Below are positions 7,988 through 16,151 of a stretch of DNA of 16,151 bases, piece after piece. Location: assembly GCA_964590575.1 (NCBI GenBank), contig CAZPWM010000073.1:1-16151 (forward strand), in the 5' to 3' direction. This DNA is from an uncultured archaeon. Lineage in GTDB: Archaea > Asgardarchaeota > Thorarchaeia > Thorarchaeales > Thorarchaeaceae. A program made the position numbers and the translations under genes. The notes under the pieces were generated by a model that was given only the letters and a program-made list of their open reading frames with translations, was not told the origin of the DNA and did no database searches. Position 1 is the stretch's first letter. Each line of letters opens with the position of its first letter.

Positions 7988-8042
7988 ACTCGCGACCTCC
8001 TGAATGCGAATCAGGCGATCTACCAGTCTGATCTACCGGCCC
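7966..8042 (-). tRNA. tRNA-Ala(CGC), CCA encoded
   Basis: GGGCCGG/CCGGTCC acceptor with the G3:U70 identity pair, CCTGA-TTCGCAT-TCAGG anticodon arm, TTCAAAT T-loop. Confidence 0.95.
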
Positions 8043-8067
8043 ATTCAGAAATTCCACCGCCTGACGA

Positions 8068-8081
8068 TTCTTAAAACCTTG
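8068..8081 (-). promoter_or_regulatory. Putative BRE/TATA promoter of tRNA-Ala
   Basis: Minus strand GACAAGG-TTTTAAG about 26-39 nt upstream of G1. Confidence 0.5.
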
Positions 8082-8105
8082 TCTACTGGGATGGAATGTT
8101 GTAGC

Positions 8106-8399
8106 TTAGATTTCGATACCAAAAGCCTCAGAAAACCTTTCCATTCTAATGAACTCTCTGAGAAACTCTCTTCCCTTCTCTGTTAGAAGGTAAATCCTAT
8201 TATCACTCTCTGGATTCGGTACATTGATGAGTTTTTTCTCAACCAGTTCATCGAGATACTGGGTCAATCTATCATGAGAAAGGTTTGCAGCATAGAGTAT
8301 TTTCGTCGGGCCTGCACCTTCCTCACCCTCACTCTGGATGGCACGCATCATATCAGCTAGGATGCGCATCTTTGAGCGATAGGCCCGTTTTCTACTCAT
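8106..8399 (-). CDS. Small archaeal winged-helix regulator (HTH_45-like)
   Basis: 'RSKMRILADMM...PTKILYAANLSHDRLTQYLDELVEKKLI...YLLTEKGREFL'. Confidence 0.85.
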   Translation of the reverse strand: MSRKRAYRSKMRILADMMRAIQSEGEEGAGPTKILYAANLSHDRLTQYLDELVEKKLINVPNPESDNRIYLLTEKGREFLREFIRMERFSEAFGIEI

Positions 8400-9034
8400 T
8401 CTACTCTGCCTGCCTTGACTAGCATGACCAGAAGTGACAAGAAGCCTAGCAGTTGCGTTACTTGACTCAATAGGTACATACCTGGATTCGTGAAGGTCAT
8501 AGCCACCATCATGTGACTAAGTAGGATGAGGACGAATCCAAGTAGAACGTAGAAAGCTAACCTACTTCGCGATGAGAAGTAGTTGATGATGGCTTGAATA
8601 ACAACTACAACGAGAACAAATATTGCTATGACCTCCAGATTTGAATCTACAATGATAGTAGCTAGGAGTAGGCTGACTCCTGTCATGTTCTCATTGTTCA
8701 ATGACTCTTGGTGACGTGCGGGTCTTGTTGCTATCACGAAAAGAAGATACGCCATGATTCTGGAGACACCATATGCAATCGTTACAATTGAAAGGATTGT
8801 AGTACTCGAAGGTCCTTCCACTCCATATTGAATAGCGAAATATAATGTTCCTATGACCCTTCCAAACATACCTGCCGAGAGAACTAGAAATCCCGTTGAG
8901 AGATCAGAGAGTTTCTTTTGGCCCGTCAGATTGTATGCTCGAGTAGCATAGATAGTCACAATCAATGCTATTATTCCGCTGAAAATTTCAAAGATCAGAT
9001 CCAATCTGATCAATGCAAATAGTCCATCTTGCAT
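8396..9034 (-). CDS. Integral membrane protein with about 6-7 TM helices, possible sensor
   Basis: Successive hydrophobic helices; ATGA translational coupling with the wHTH gene. Confidence 0.75.
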   Translation of the reverse strand: MQDGLFALIRLDLIFEIFSGIIALIVTIYATRAYNLTGQKKLSDLSTGFLVLSAGMFGRVIGTLYFAIQYGVEGPSSTTILSIVTIAYGVSRIMAYLLFVIATRPARHQESLNNENMTGVSLLLATIIVDSNLEVIAIFVLVVVVIQAIINYFSSRSRLAFYVLLGFVLILLSHMMVAMTFTNPGMYLLSQVTQLLGFLSLLVMLVKAGRVE

Positions 9035-9084
9035 TTGGTGACGCCTGTCCTAATCTTGTCAGTTTTTGGTCTTATTACCAGTGG

Positions 9085-9097
9085 ATGAATCATTCAT
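9085..9097. promoter_or_regulatory. Palindromic operator ATGAAT-n-ATTCAT, site 1
   Basis: Perfect inverted repeat 7 nt upstream of minus-strand TAATAAG (9077-9071). Confidence 0.55.
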
Positions 9098-9163
9098 GAC
9101 TTTTGGGTGATTCGGTGACATAATCCAGCACGGACACACAAACCTCTTGCGGATGGTTTTACT

Positions 9164-9193
9164 ATGTATGATTCATCTAGTGTAATCGTTCAT
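9164..9193. promoter_or_regulatory. Operator sites 2 (ATGTATGATTCAT) and 3 (TGTAATCGTTCAT)
   Basis: 12/13 match to the reverse complement of site 1 and 9/13 match to site 1; directly upstream of TTTATA 9200-9205. Confidence 0.5.
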
Positions 9194-9199
9194 CTTGGC

Positions 9200-9207
9200 T
9201 TTATATT
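9200..9207 (+). promoter_or_regulatory. TATA box of the secreted-protein gene
   Basis: TTTATATT about 30-37 nt upstream of ATG 9237. Confidence 0.55.
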
Positions 9208-9236
9208 CAAAATTCTCAATTCTAACTGAACAAAAT

Positions 9237-9791
9237 ATGAAGCATGCCAAGAGATTATTGACACTTGTTTCCGCCGTAATTATTGTCTTCCTAGTTGCGT
9301 TTCCCTCCTTCGCCACCATCGACGCAGCTTCGGTCCTAGAGTCCCCATCTGCCGCAACAGCGAGTATCGGGGACTCTTTCCTCATTCAGGCAAGAGGACG
9401 AGCCGGAGTCCAGACTGATGAACGAGAAGACTTTCAGATTAGTTATCTGACTGGGATGAATCTCGAATTCAAGATATTACGTAGAGGCGATAGAGGTGTT
9501 GTTCTTGAGGTCATTGGTGGCAGTTTCTCTCTCAACTCAACTGTCTACGCTTTTGAGGAAGGAATGGGCGTTGCTGGTAAACCTCAGAATGAGCGATTAA
9601 ACGGAACCGAACTAGTGTTCGGTTTTCGAATCAATGGGACTAGCCCTGAGGGCAATAGTGTAGAAATACTTCTTCTTGGAGGAGTAAGGCGGAACCAAGA
9701 CATCCGACCTATACTTATCATGAAAGGCCGTTTGATAGTAGATGACATTGCTTACGTATTTGGACAACTAGGCAGGATCAAAAGAGTCTAG
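9237..9791 (+). CDS. Hypothetical secreted or membrane-anchored beta-rich protein
   Basis: Signal peptide MKHAKRLLTLVSAVIIVFLVAFPSFA; alternating beta-strand patterns. Confidence 0.75.
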   Translation: MKHAKRLLTLVSAVIIVFLVAFPSFATIDAASVLESPSAATASIGDSFLIQARGRAGVQTDEREDFQISYLTGMNLEFKILRRGDRGVVLEVIGGSFSLNSTVYAFEEGMGVAGKPQNERLNGTELVFGFRINGTSPEGNSVEILLLGGVRRNQDIRPILIMKGRLIVDDIAYVFGQLGRIKRV

Positions 9792-9882
9792 AAAAAAAGA
9801 TGGAAGCTACCGACAACTGCAGGAAGCGGACAGGCAACCCTGAAACGCTGTGAGAGGCGGGGCAACTCCCCGCCCTTCCATC
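9792..9882. terminator. Multi-branched structured element / terminator between convergent genes
   Basis: GATGGAAG/CTTCCATC closes two internal hairpins; T7 follows on the minus strand. Confidence 0.5.
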
Positions 9883-9884
9883 AC

Positions 9885-12497
9885 CTATTCCTTTTTATCA
9901 ATCTTAAGGGTTGTTTCGATTTTGTCTAAGCGGTCCTTGAGTTTCCTATTTTCTTTCTCGAGTTCCTCTACACTTTTTCGGAGAGAGTCTATTTCCTTGG
10001 GCTCTTTCTTCTCGCTTAGCTTCCTAATGGCTATCCTGCATCTTCTTACAATACCACTCTCAGCCTCACTTTCAGCAATCTTTGATAGAGCTGAAATAAG
10101 AGACGAATCCTCCAAGATTGGAGCTGCGGCAATTGAGAATGTCCGGACACGATACGACTTGTCAAGAAACGTTCTCTCAAGAATCGATTTAATCTCGGGA
10201 TGATTTTCCTTGTAGCGCTTTCCTAGCCTAGCTAAAATGGTTGGAATGTGCCTTCTTATCCAATCACTTGTTCCAACCTTGAGATAGTCCTTAGCTATTT
10301 CAATGACATCTTCTCTCTCTGTTTCTGCAAGACCCTGTAATGCACCTACCTGTACAAGATCATGCCAACTGGGAGGCGCTTTCTTGAGGAAATCGACTAA
10401 TTGGTCAAAGGCTCTGTCGTGTTGGGTTTTGCCAATAGATGTAGCAGCAGCAGCGACTACAAAGTAACTCTCTTCGTCTTCTAGCATCTTCTTAAGAGCA
10501 TCAAAGGCCTTGTCATTCTTGTAGAATTGGCCAAGCGCTGTAGCGACAGCAGTTCTTGCCTTTGTGTTCTTTAGTGAAACCGCCTTGAGTAACTGCGTCA
10601 GAGCAACCTCTGATTTCAGAGAGCCGAGAACCTTTGCAATCTCAGATTGTGTACCCCAGAACTCATCTTTTAACAGGGCTTTTCCAAGTGCTTCTACAAC
10701 GAATGGTGTCGCTTTCTTCCCCAGAGCTTGCGCCGCTTTGATTTTCTGTATTGAGTTAGTTCCATTAAGCAATTGGTCTATCCACATTGGTTCAGGTTTA
10801 TCAATACTCCAGTCCATTAGGGTAGTATAGTCTGGATCTATGACAACCTGTATTGGTTTGTTTTTGAATGGATAATAGAAGCTGTGTACTCTTTCACCAA
10901 CCTGAACTGTGTATCGGGTTCTTGTTCCATTATCATCAATGAACTCAATAGTGAGCGGAAACCTGAATACTTCAGGAGTCATCCCATCATCTGTCTTCTG
11001 TGTTTGCTTTAACTTGACAAGAACGTGACCAAGTTTCTCATCATATGTTATCTTAATCTTGCATTCTGGATATCCTGCCTTGTACAACCATTGCTTGAAG
11101 AACCAACCGTAATCTTCTCCAGTTCTCTCTGTGAAAAGACTCTCGAGGTCATGAGTATATGCTGATTTATATGAGAACCTTGTCAACCACTCACCGAGTA
11201 TATTCCACCAACGGTCCTCACCGACCAGGTGCTTAAGCATATAGTATCTCCAGGCAGCTCCGGGGTAGAGATGAGCATCAAAAACATCAGTGCCTCGTTC
11301 CCACTCATTCTCTACTATAGGTCTACGATAGCGGTTTTTGTCTTCATCAAAATAAGACATCTGCTTCCCATACTGATCATAGAGATATTCCTCATATCCC
11401 AGCTCATGACGGTTCCACTCGTTCTGCATCTGAGTAGCCCATCCCTCATTGAGCCAACCATGGCTCCAGGTTCGACATGTTACAAGATCGCCTCCCCACA
11501 TGTGAGCTAGCTCATGAGATACCAGACCCTCTGATCTGAAGTCAATGTGTGTCTTTTCATCATGAAGAGTCGCATCAGTCTGCGTCGTAGCACTAACGTT
11601 TTCCATTCCACCAATAACAAAGTTAGCAGCAGTAATCTGAGCGTATTTGTCCCAAGGATATTCAACTCCGAGCTTGGAAACAAAGAATTTAATCATCTCT
11701 GGAGTCTGCCCAAAAGAACGGTACACCGTGTCTTTATCCCATTTCTTGTGCACATAATAACTGACCTCAAGCCCATCAAGATCATCCTTGTACTCTGTAT
11801 ACTCAGATGCCGCCACAGTCATTAGGTATGCCGGAATCGGCTTTTCCTGCACCCAGTGGAATGTTTCTGTATCATCGTTATTCTTCTTTCGTTCTTTGAG
11901 TCGTCCATTACTCATAGCATAGTATCCCTTTGGAACGGTTAGAATCGTTTCAGTCGGGAACTTGTGACTAGGATTATCATATATCGGAACAACATATCGT
12001 GCATAATCATCTTGCATCTGACTCCACACGCTTGTTTCAATATCTGGGAACTCAGGACATGGATTCGTAAAGTAGAGTCCTGTTCTTGGTTTGTCAATCG
12101 TATATACGAATGTGAGCTCTTCTGAATCTCCTTCTCTAAGTATTTTGGCCAAGTTGATGTACATTGCTTGGTCATCAGGGACCATCTCATAATCCAATAT
12201 GTTTCCCTTGGAATCTTTCACACTGGAGAATCTCAAGTCCATAGCATGAAGGAATATCCTCTTGAGCTCAGGCACAATTGAAGTGAGCTTGAGTGTGGAT
12301 ATCGCCTCCACATGCTCATTCTCCAGATCAATTTTGAAATCCATCTTCAGATGTTGGATGTCATAGTGCCGAGGAGGCGCCCACTGTTGTGTTGCTGTCG
12401 GGAATGTGAAGTCTGCTCTATCAGAAGCAAGTAGATTCTCAGCCTCACGAATACCCTCTCTCATCAATGACTCTAGATAATCATGAAAATCTGTCAC
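9885..12497 (-). CDS. pepN: M1 family zinc aminopeptidase with HEAT-like repeats and a C-terminal coiled coil
   Basis: GGMEN, HELAH-x18-E (WLNEG), YPGAA; HEAT repeats; heptad tail. Confidence 0.9.
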   Translation of the reverse strand: MTDFHDYLESLMREGIREAENLLASDRADFTFPTATQQWAPPRHYDIQHLKMDFKIDLENEHVEAISTLKLTSIVPELKRIFLHAMDLRFSSVKDSKGNILDYEMVPDDQAMYINLAKILREGDSEELTFVYTIDKPRTGLYFTNPCPEFPDIETSVWSQMQDDYARYVVPIYDNPSHKFPTETILTVPKGYYAMSNGRLKERKKNNDDTETFHWVQEKPIPAYLMTVAASEYTEYKDDLDGLEVSYYVHKKWDKDTVYRSFGQTPEMIKFFVSKLGVEYPWDKYAQITAANFVIGGMENVSATTQTDATLHDEKTHIDFRSEGLVSHELAHMWGGDLVTCRTWSHGWLNEGWATQMQNEWNRHELGYEEYLYDQYGKQMSYFDEDKNRYRRPIVENEWERGTDVFDAHLYPGAAWRYYMLKHLVGEDRWWNILGEWLTRFSYKSAYTHDLESLFTERTGEDYGWFFKQWLYKAGYPECKIKITYDEKLGHVLVKLKQTQKTDDGMTPEVFRFPLTIEFIDDNGTRTRYTVQVGERVHSFYYPFKNKPIQVVIDPDYTTLMDWSIDKPEPMWIDQLLNGTNSIQKIKAAQALGKKATPFVVEALGKALLKDEFWGTQSEIAKVLGSLKSEVALTQLLKAVSLKNTKARTAVATALGQFYKNDKAFDALKKMLEDEESYFVVAAAATSIGKTQHDRAFDQLVDFLKKAPPSWHDLVQVGALQGLAETEREDVIEIAKDYLKVGTSDWIRRHIPTILARLGKRYKENHPEIKSILERTFLDKSYRVRTFSIAAAPILEDSSLISALSKIAESEAESGIVRRCRIAIRKLSEKKEPKEIDSLRKSVEELEKENRKLKDRLDKIETTLKIDKKE

Positions 12498-12628
12498 AAG
12501 TGCTCACTCAAATATTGTCGGTCTAATAGGTCCGTTATGAAGGTTCCCTCGTGTACAAGTACATGCGTTGAGGCGAACAATGATATTCGAAACAATGCAT
12601 ATCTTCCTCTGAGCTCGAGGTTGCTAGA

Positions 12629-13420
12629 TTGCTGGTAGATGTTCATAATCACTTCTCTTACTACCAAGAGGATATTGAACGTGCTCTGAAGGATATTCGT
12701 GAAAACGGAGTTCTAATGGTCTCAGTATCAACCGATTTTCCATCCTACAACGACACTTTAGAACTTGCTAAACGTTCTGAGCTCATTCTCCCAGCATTTG
12801 GAATACACCCTATGGTTGCACACGAGCATATGAACCAACTTGACCTTATCCGGAAAACTGCTAACGATGCCTTGATGCTTGGAGAGATTGGCCTTGATAG
12901 GAAATGGACCAAGGATGCCTCACAATACTTCTCTCAGGAACTCCTATTGGAAACATTCCTAGAGTCTGCACAAAAATTAGACACGATTATGATTCTGCAT
13001 GTTGCAGGAGCTGAGAAAAAGGTTCTTTCCATGTTGGAGAATTATTCCATCAGAAATGCAATCATCCACGACTATTACGGTCCTATCGATCTAGTGGAGA
13101 AAATTATCGACACAAACCTATACTTTGCTTTTGATAGGAGTTATTTGGAATCATATACGCCCGAGATTTATGGATGGATGGAGCGTCTTGAGATTGTTTC
13201 TATGATACCTGACGACCTTTTCCTCATCGAGACCGATGGTCCAAACAAACCTCCCAGGAGAATGCCTTTTGAAGCATTACAGATAGTGGCAGAGCGAATA
13301 GCTGAGTTACGTAATACCACTGTGGAGGAGATTACTAGCCAGTCCACTAAGAATCTAATCACCTTGGTCAAAAATGACCCTCGACTATCAAAATATGCTA
13401 CCATTCTGAGACGAAGCTAG
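12629..13420 (+). CDS. tatD: TatD family hydrolase/nuclease
   Basis: DVHNH, GIHP, GEIGLD, ILH, IIH and ETDG motifs; GAGGT before the TTG start. Confidence 0.88.
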   Translation: MLVDVHNHFSYYQEDIERALKDIRENGVLMVSVSTDFPSYNDTLELAKRSELILPAFGIHPMVAHEHMNQLDLIRKTANDALMLGEIGLDRKWTKDASQYFSQELLLETFLESAQKLDTIMILHVAGAEKKVLSMLENYSIRNAIIHDYYGPIDLVEKIIDTNLYFAFDRSYLESYTPEIYGWMERLEIVSMIPDDLFLIETDGPNKPPRRMPFEALQIVAERIAELRNTTVEEITSQSTKNLITLVKNDPRLSKYATILRRS

Positions 13421-13466
13421 AAATCGCTAAAATGGCATCATTCAAGCCCCAGAAACGTCGCCCCTT

Positions 13467-13481
13467 GGAAAGCTTTTTATT
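13467..13481 (+). promoter_or_regulatory. Putative rRNA promoter (BRE GGAAAGC plus TTTTTATT)
   Basis: Purine-rich BRE followed by a TATA-like box upstream of the structured leader. Confidence 0.5.
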
Positions 13482-13504
13482 CGAACTTTCCGCGAGGGGA
13501 TTTG

Positions 13505-13808
13505 ATTTCGCGTCATACGGTGTCAGGCCGGAAGCTGTCGGCGAATGCCAAGCGATGATGGCTGGTGATTTCCAGACGCGAGTACAAGATGCGGACGTGA
13601 GATAGACTGGCACAGGGAGTGTCAGAATGCCCTCAGGTCTAAGAAACGCTCAACAGTGTGCAGGTATAATTTGGGTAAGCCATCTCTGCTAACCCCGTTA
13701 CGCCTGTACTTCATCAAGCAAATAATAGTTCAAAGTGTGTAAAAGATTGTACATGGTGACTGAATACTACTCCAGTCATACCTTGCTAAACATGTGCGAT
13801 GTGGACCA
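13505..13808 (+). other. Structured pre-16S leader (5' ETS)
   Basis: Hairpins TCGCGTC/GACGCGA, GTGCAGGTATAA/TTACGCCTGTAC and ATTGTACATG/CATGTGCGAT. Confidence 0.55.
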
Positions 13809-14682
13809 ACTCTAGTTGATCCTGCTAGAGGGCACTGCTATCGGCTTGGGATTAAGACATGCAAGTGGAACGGGCTCGCATCCGAGTCCGTCGCGAACGG
13901 CTCAGTAGTGTCGTTAACCTACCCTGTGGAGATGGACAACGCCGGGAAACTGGCGGTAATCCAGCATAGGAGCATCGTTCTGGAAATGATGTTGCTCTGA
14001 AATGAGTGTTCCAGGTATGTGGGACTTTTCGCCACAGGACGGGACGGCACCGGATCATACTTGTAAGTGGGGTAACTGCCCACTTAGGTTATGACCCGAA
14101 CGGGCGATGTAAGTCGTGGCCCGGAGAAGGGCACTGAGACAAGGGCCCTAGCCCCACGGGGCGCAGCAGTTACGAAACCTCACCAATGTGCGAAAGCACG
14201 AGTGGGCTAAGCCGAGTGATGGGGGATAACTCCATCTGTGGCGGATCCGTAATATGGACCGCTAGAAAGGAGAGGGCAAGGCTGGTGCCAGCCGCCGCGG
14301 TAAAACCAGCTCTTCGAGTGGTGTCCATGATTATTGAGCTTAAAGCGTTCGTAGCCGGTTCTGTAGGTCCCTGCTTAAATCTGGCCGCTCAACGGTCAGT
14401 CTGGTAGGGATACCGCATTACTTGGGGACGGGAGACGGCGACGGTATTCCGTAGGTAAGGGTGAAATCTAATGATCTACGGAGGACCACCAGTGGCGAAG
14501 GCGGTCGTCGAGAACGTGCCCGACGGTGAGGGACGAAACCCAGGGGAGCAAATCGGATTAGATACCCGAGTAGTCCTGGGCGTAAACGATGTCCGTTAAG
14601 TGTTGCATTGGCCACGAGCCACTGCGGTGCTGTAGCGAAAGCGATAAACGGACCGCTTGGGAAGTACGGTCGCAAGACTGAA

Positions 14683-15621
<939 letters not shown>

Positions 15622-16019
15622 GCTTGCGGTTTAATTGGACTCAACGCCGGAAATCTTACCCGCCCAGACAGCCGAATGAGAGCCAGACTGATGATCTTGC
15701 TCGACGAGCTGAGAGCTGGTGCATGGCCATCGTAAATTCGTGCCGTGAGGTATCAGCTTAAGTGCTGCAACGAATGAGATCCCTGCCACCTAGTTGCCAG
15801 CCGGGGGCTTCGGCCCTGACGGGGCACACTAGGGGGACCGCCAGCGAAAAGCTGGAGGAAGGTGGGGGCCACGGTAGGTCAGTATGCCGCGATATGGGCG
15901 GGGCCACACGCGTGCTACAATGGCAAGGACAATGCGTCACAACACCGAAAGGTGAAGTCAATCGCGAAACCTTGTCGTAGTCGGGATCGCGGGTTGGAAC
16001 TCACCCGCGTGAACCTGGA

Positions 16020-16049
16020 TTTGCGTATCACTTCGATGCGCAACAGGAG
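16020..16049 (+). other. 30-nt hairpin BHB intron at 16S position ~1339
   Basis: Removal restores CTGGA|ATCCCTAGTA; helix CCTG/CAGG, bulges GA|T and AG|A, 9-bp stem TTGCGTATC/GATGCGCAA. Confidence 0.9.
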
Positions 16050-16151
16050 ATCCCTAGTATCCGCGTCTCACTATGGCGCGGAGAATACGTCCCTGCTTCT
16101 TGCACACACCGCCCGTCGCTCCATGCGAGCGGACTTGGGGTGAGGTGTCGT

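Noticed and set aside
471-7995. Near-identical GAGATTYGAACTCGCGA at both tRNAs as att sites of an integrated element
   Set aside because: Both are complete tRNAs sharing T-arm sequence; the intervening genes are housekeeping and there is no integrase
8004-8186. 60-aa + strand ORF
   Set aside because: Overlaps tRNA-Ala and the wHTH gene in antisense
9799-9882. Hammerhead ribozyme, SRP RNA or SECIS identity for the structured element
   Set aside because: No CUGANGA core, too short and lacking the SRP helix-8 motif, and no in-frame UGA in the neighbouring genes
815-13404. Many short antisense or alternative-frame ORFs inside pyrH, valS, OsmC, the methyltransferase, pepN and tatD
   Set aside because: Shadows of well-supported genes with no recognisable motifs
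16020-16049. The 30-nt circle has a stop-free ATG frame, and all three introns are 3n long (36, 900, 30)
   Set aside because: A 30-nt hairpin circle is too small for a ribosome, and 3n lengths can arise by chance (1 in 27)

Overview
Archaeal chromosomal window from a divergent lineage (possibly Asgard, but this cannot be established without phylogeny). It carries mostly housekeeping and stress genes: tRNA-Leu(CAA) with a 36-nt intron, a wHTH regulator with pyrH, valS, two tandem OsmC paralogues, a SAM methyltransferase, DUF302, an MFS transporter overlapping tRNA-Ala(CGC), a wHTH plus multi-TM pair divergent from a secreted protein, an M1 aminopeptidase with HEAT repeats, TatD, and most of a 16S rRNA gene. 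Highlights: (1) The 16S has two bulge-helix-bulge (BHB) introns. A 900-nt intron at about E. coli 908 encodes a dual-motif LAGLIDADG endonuclease whose ORF has no stop before the 3' splice site and reads in frame across the predicted circularisation junction. A 30-nt hairpin intron at about E. coli 1339 has junctions resembling those of the large intron. (2) An unannotated operon of tandem small ORFs at 49-373, the first two paralogous. (3) A candidate membrane-sensor/wHTH regulon with palindromic operators at 8106-9791. (4) A ValRS with a degenerate HIGH motif.
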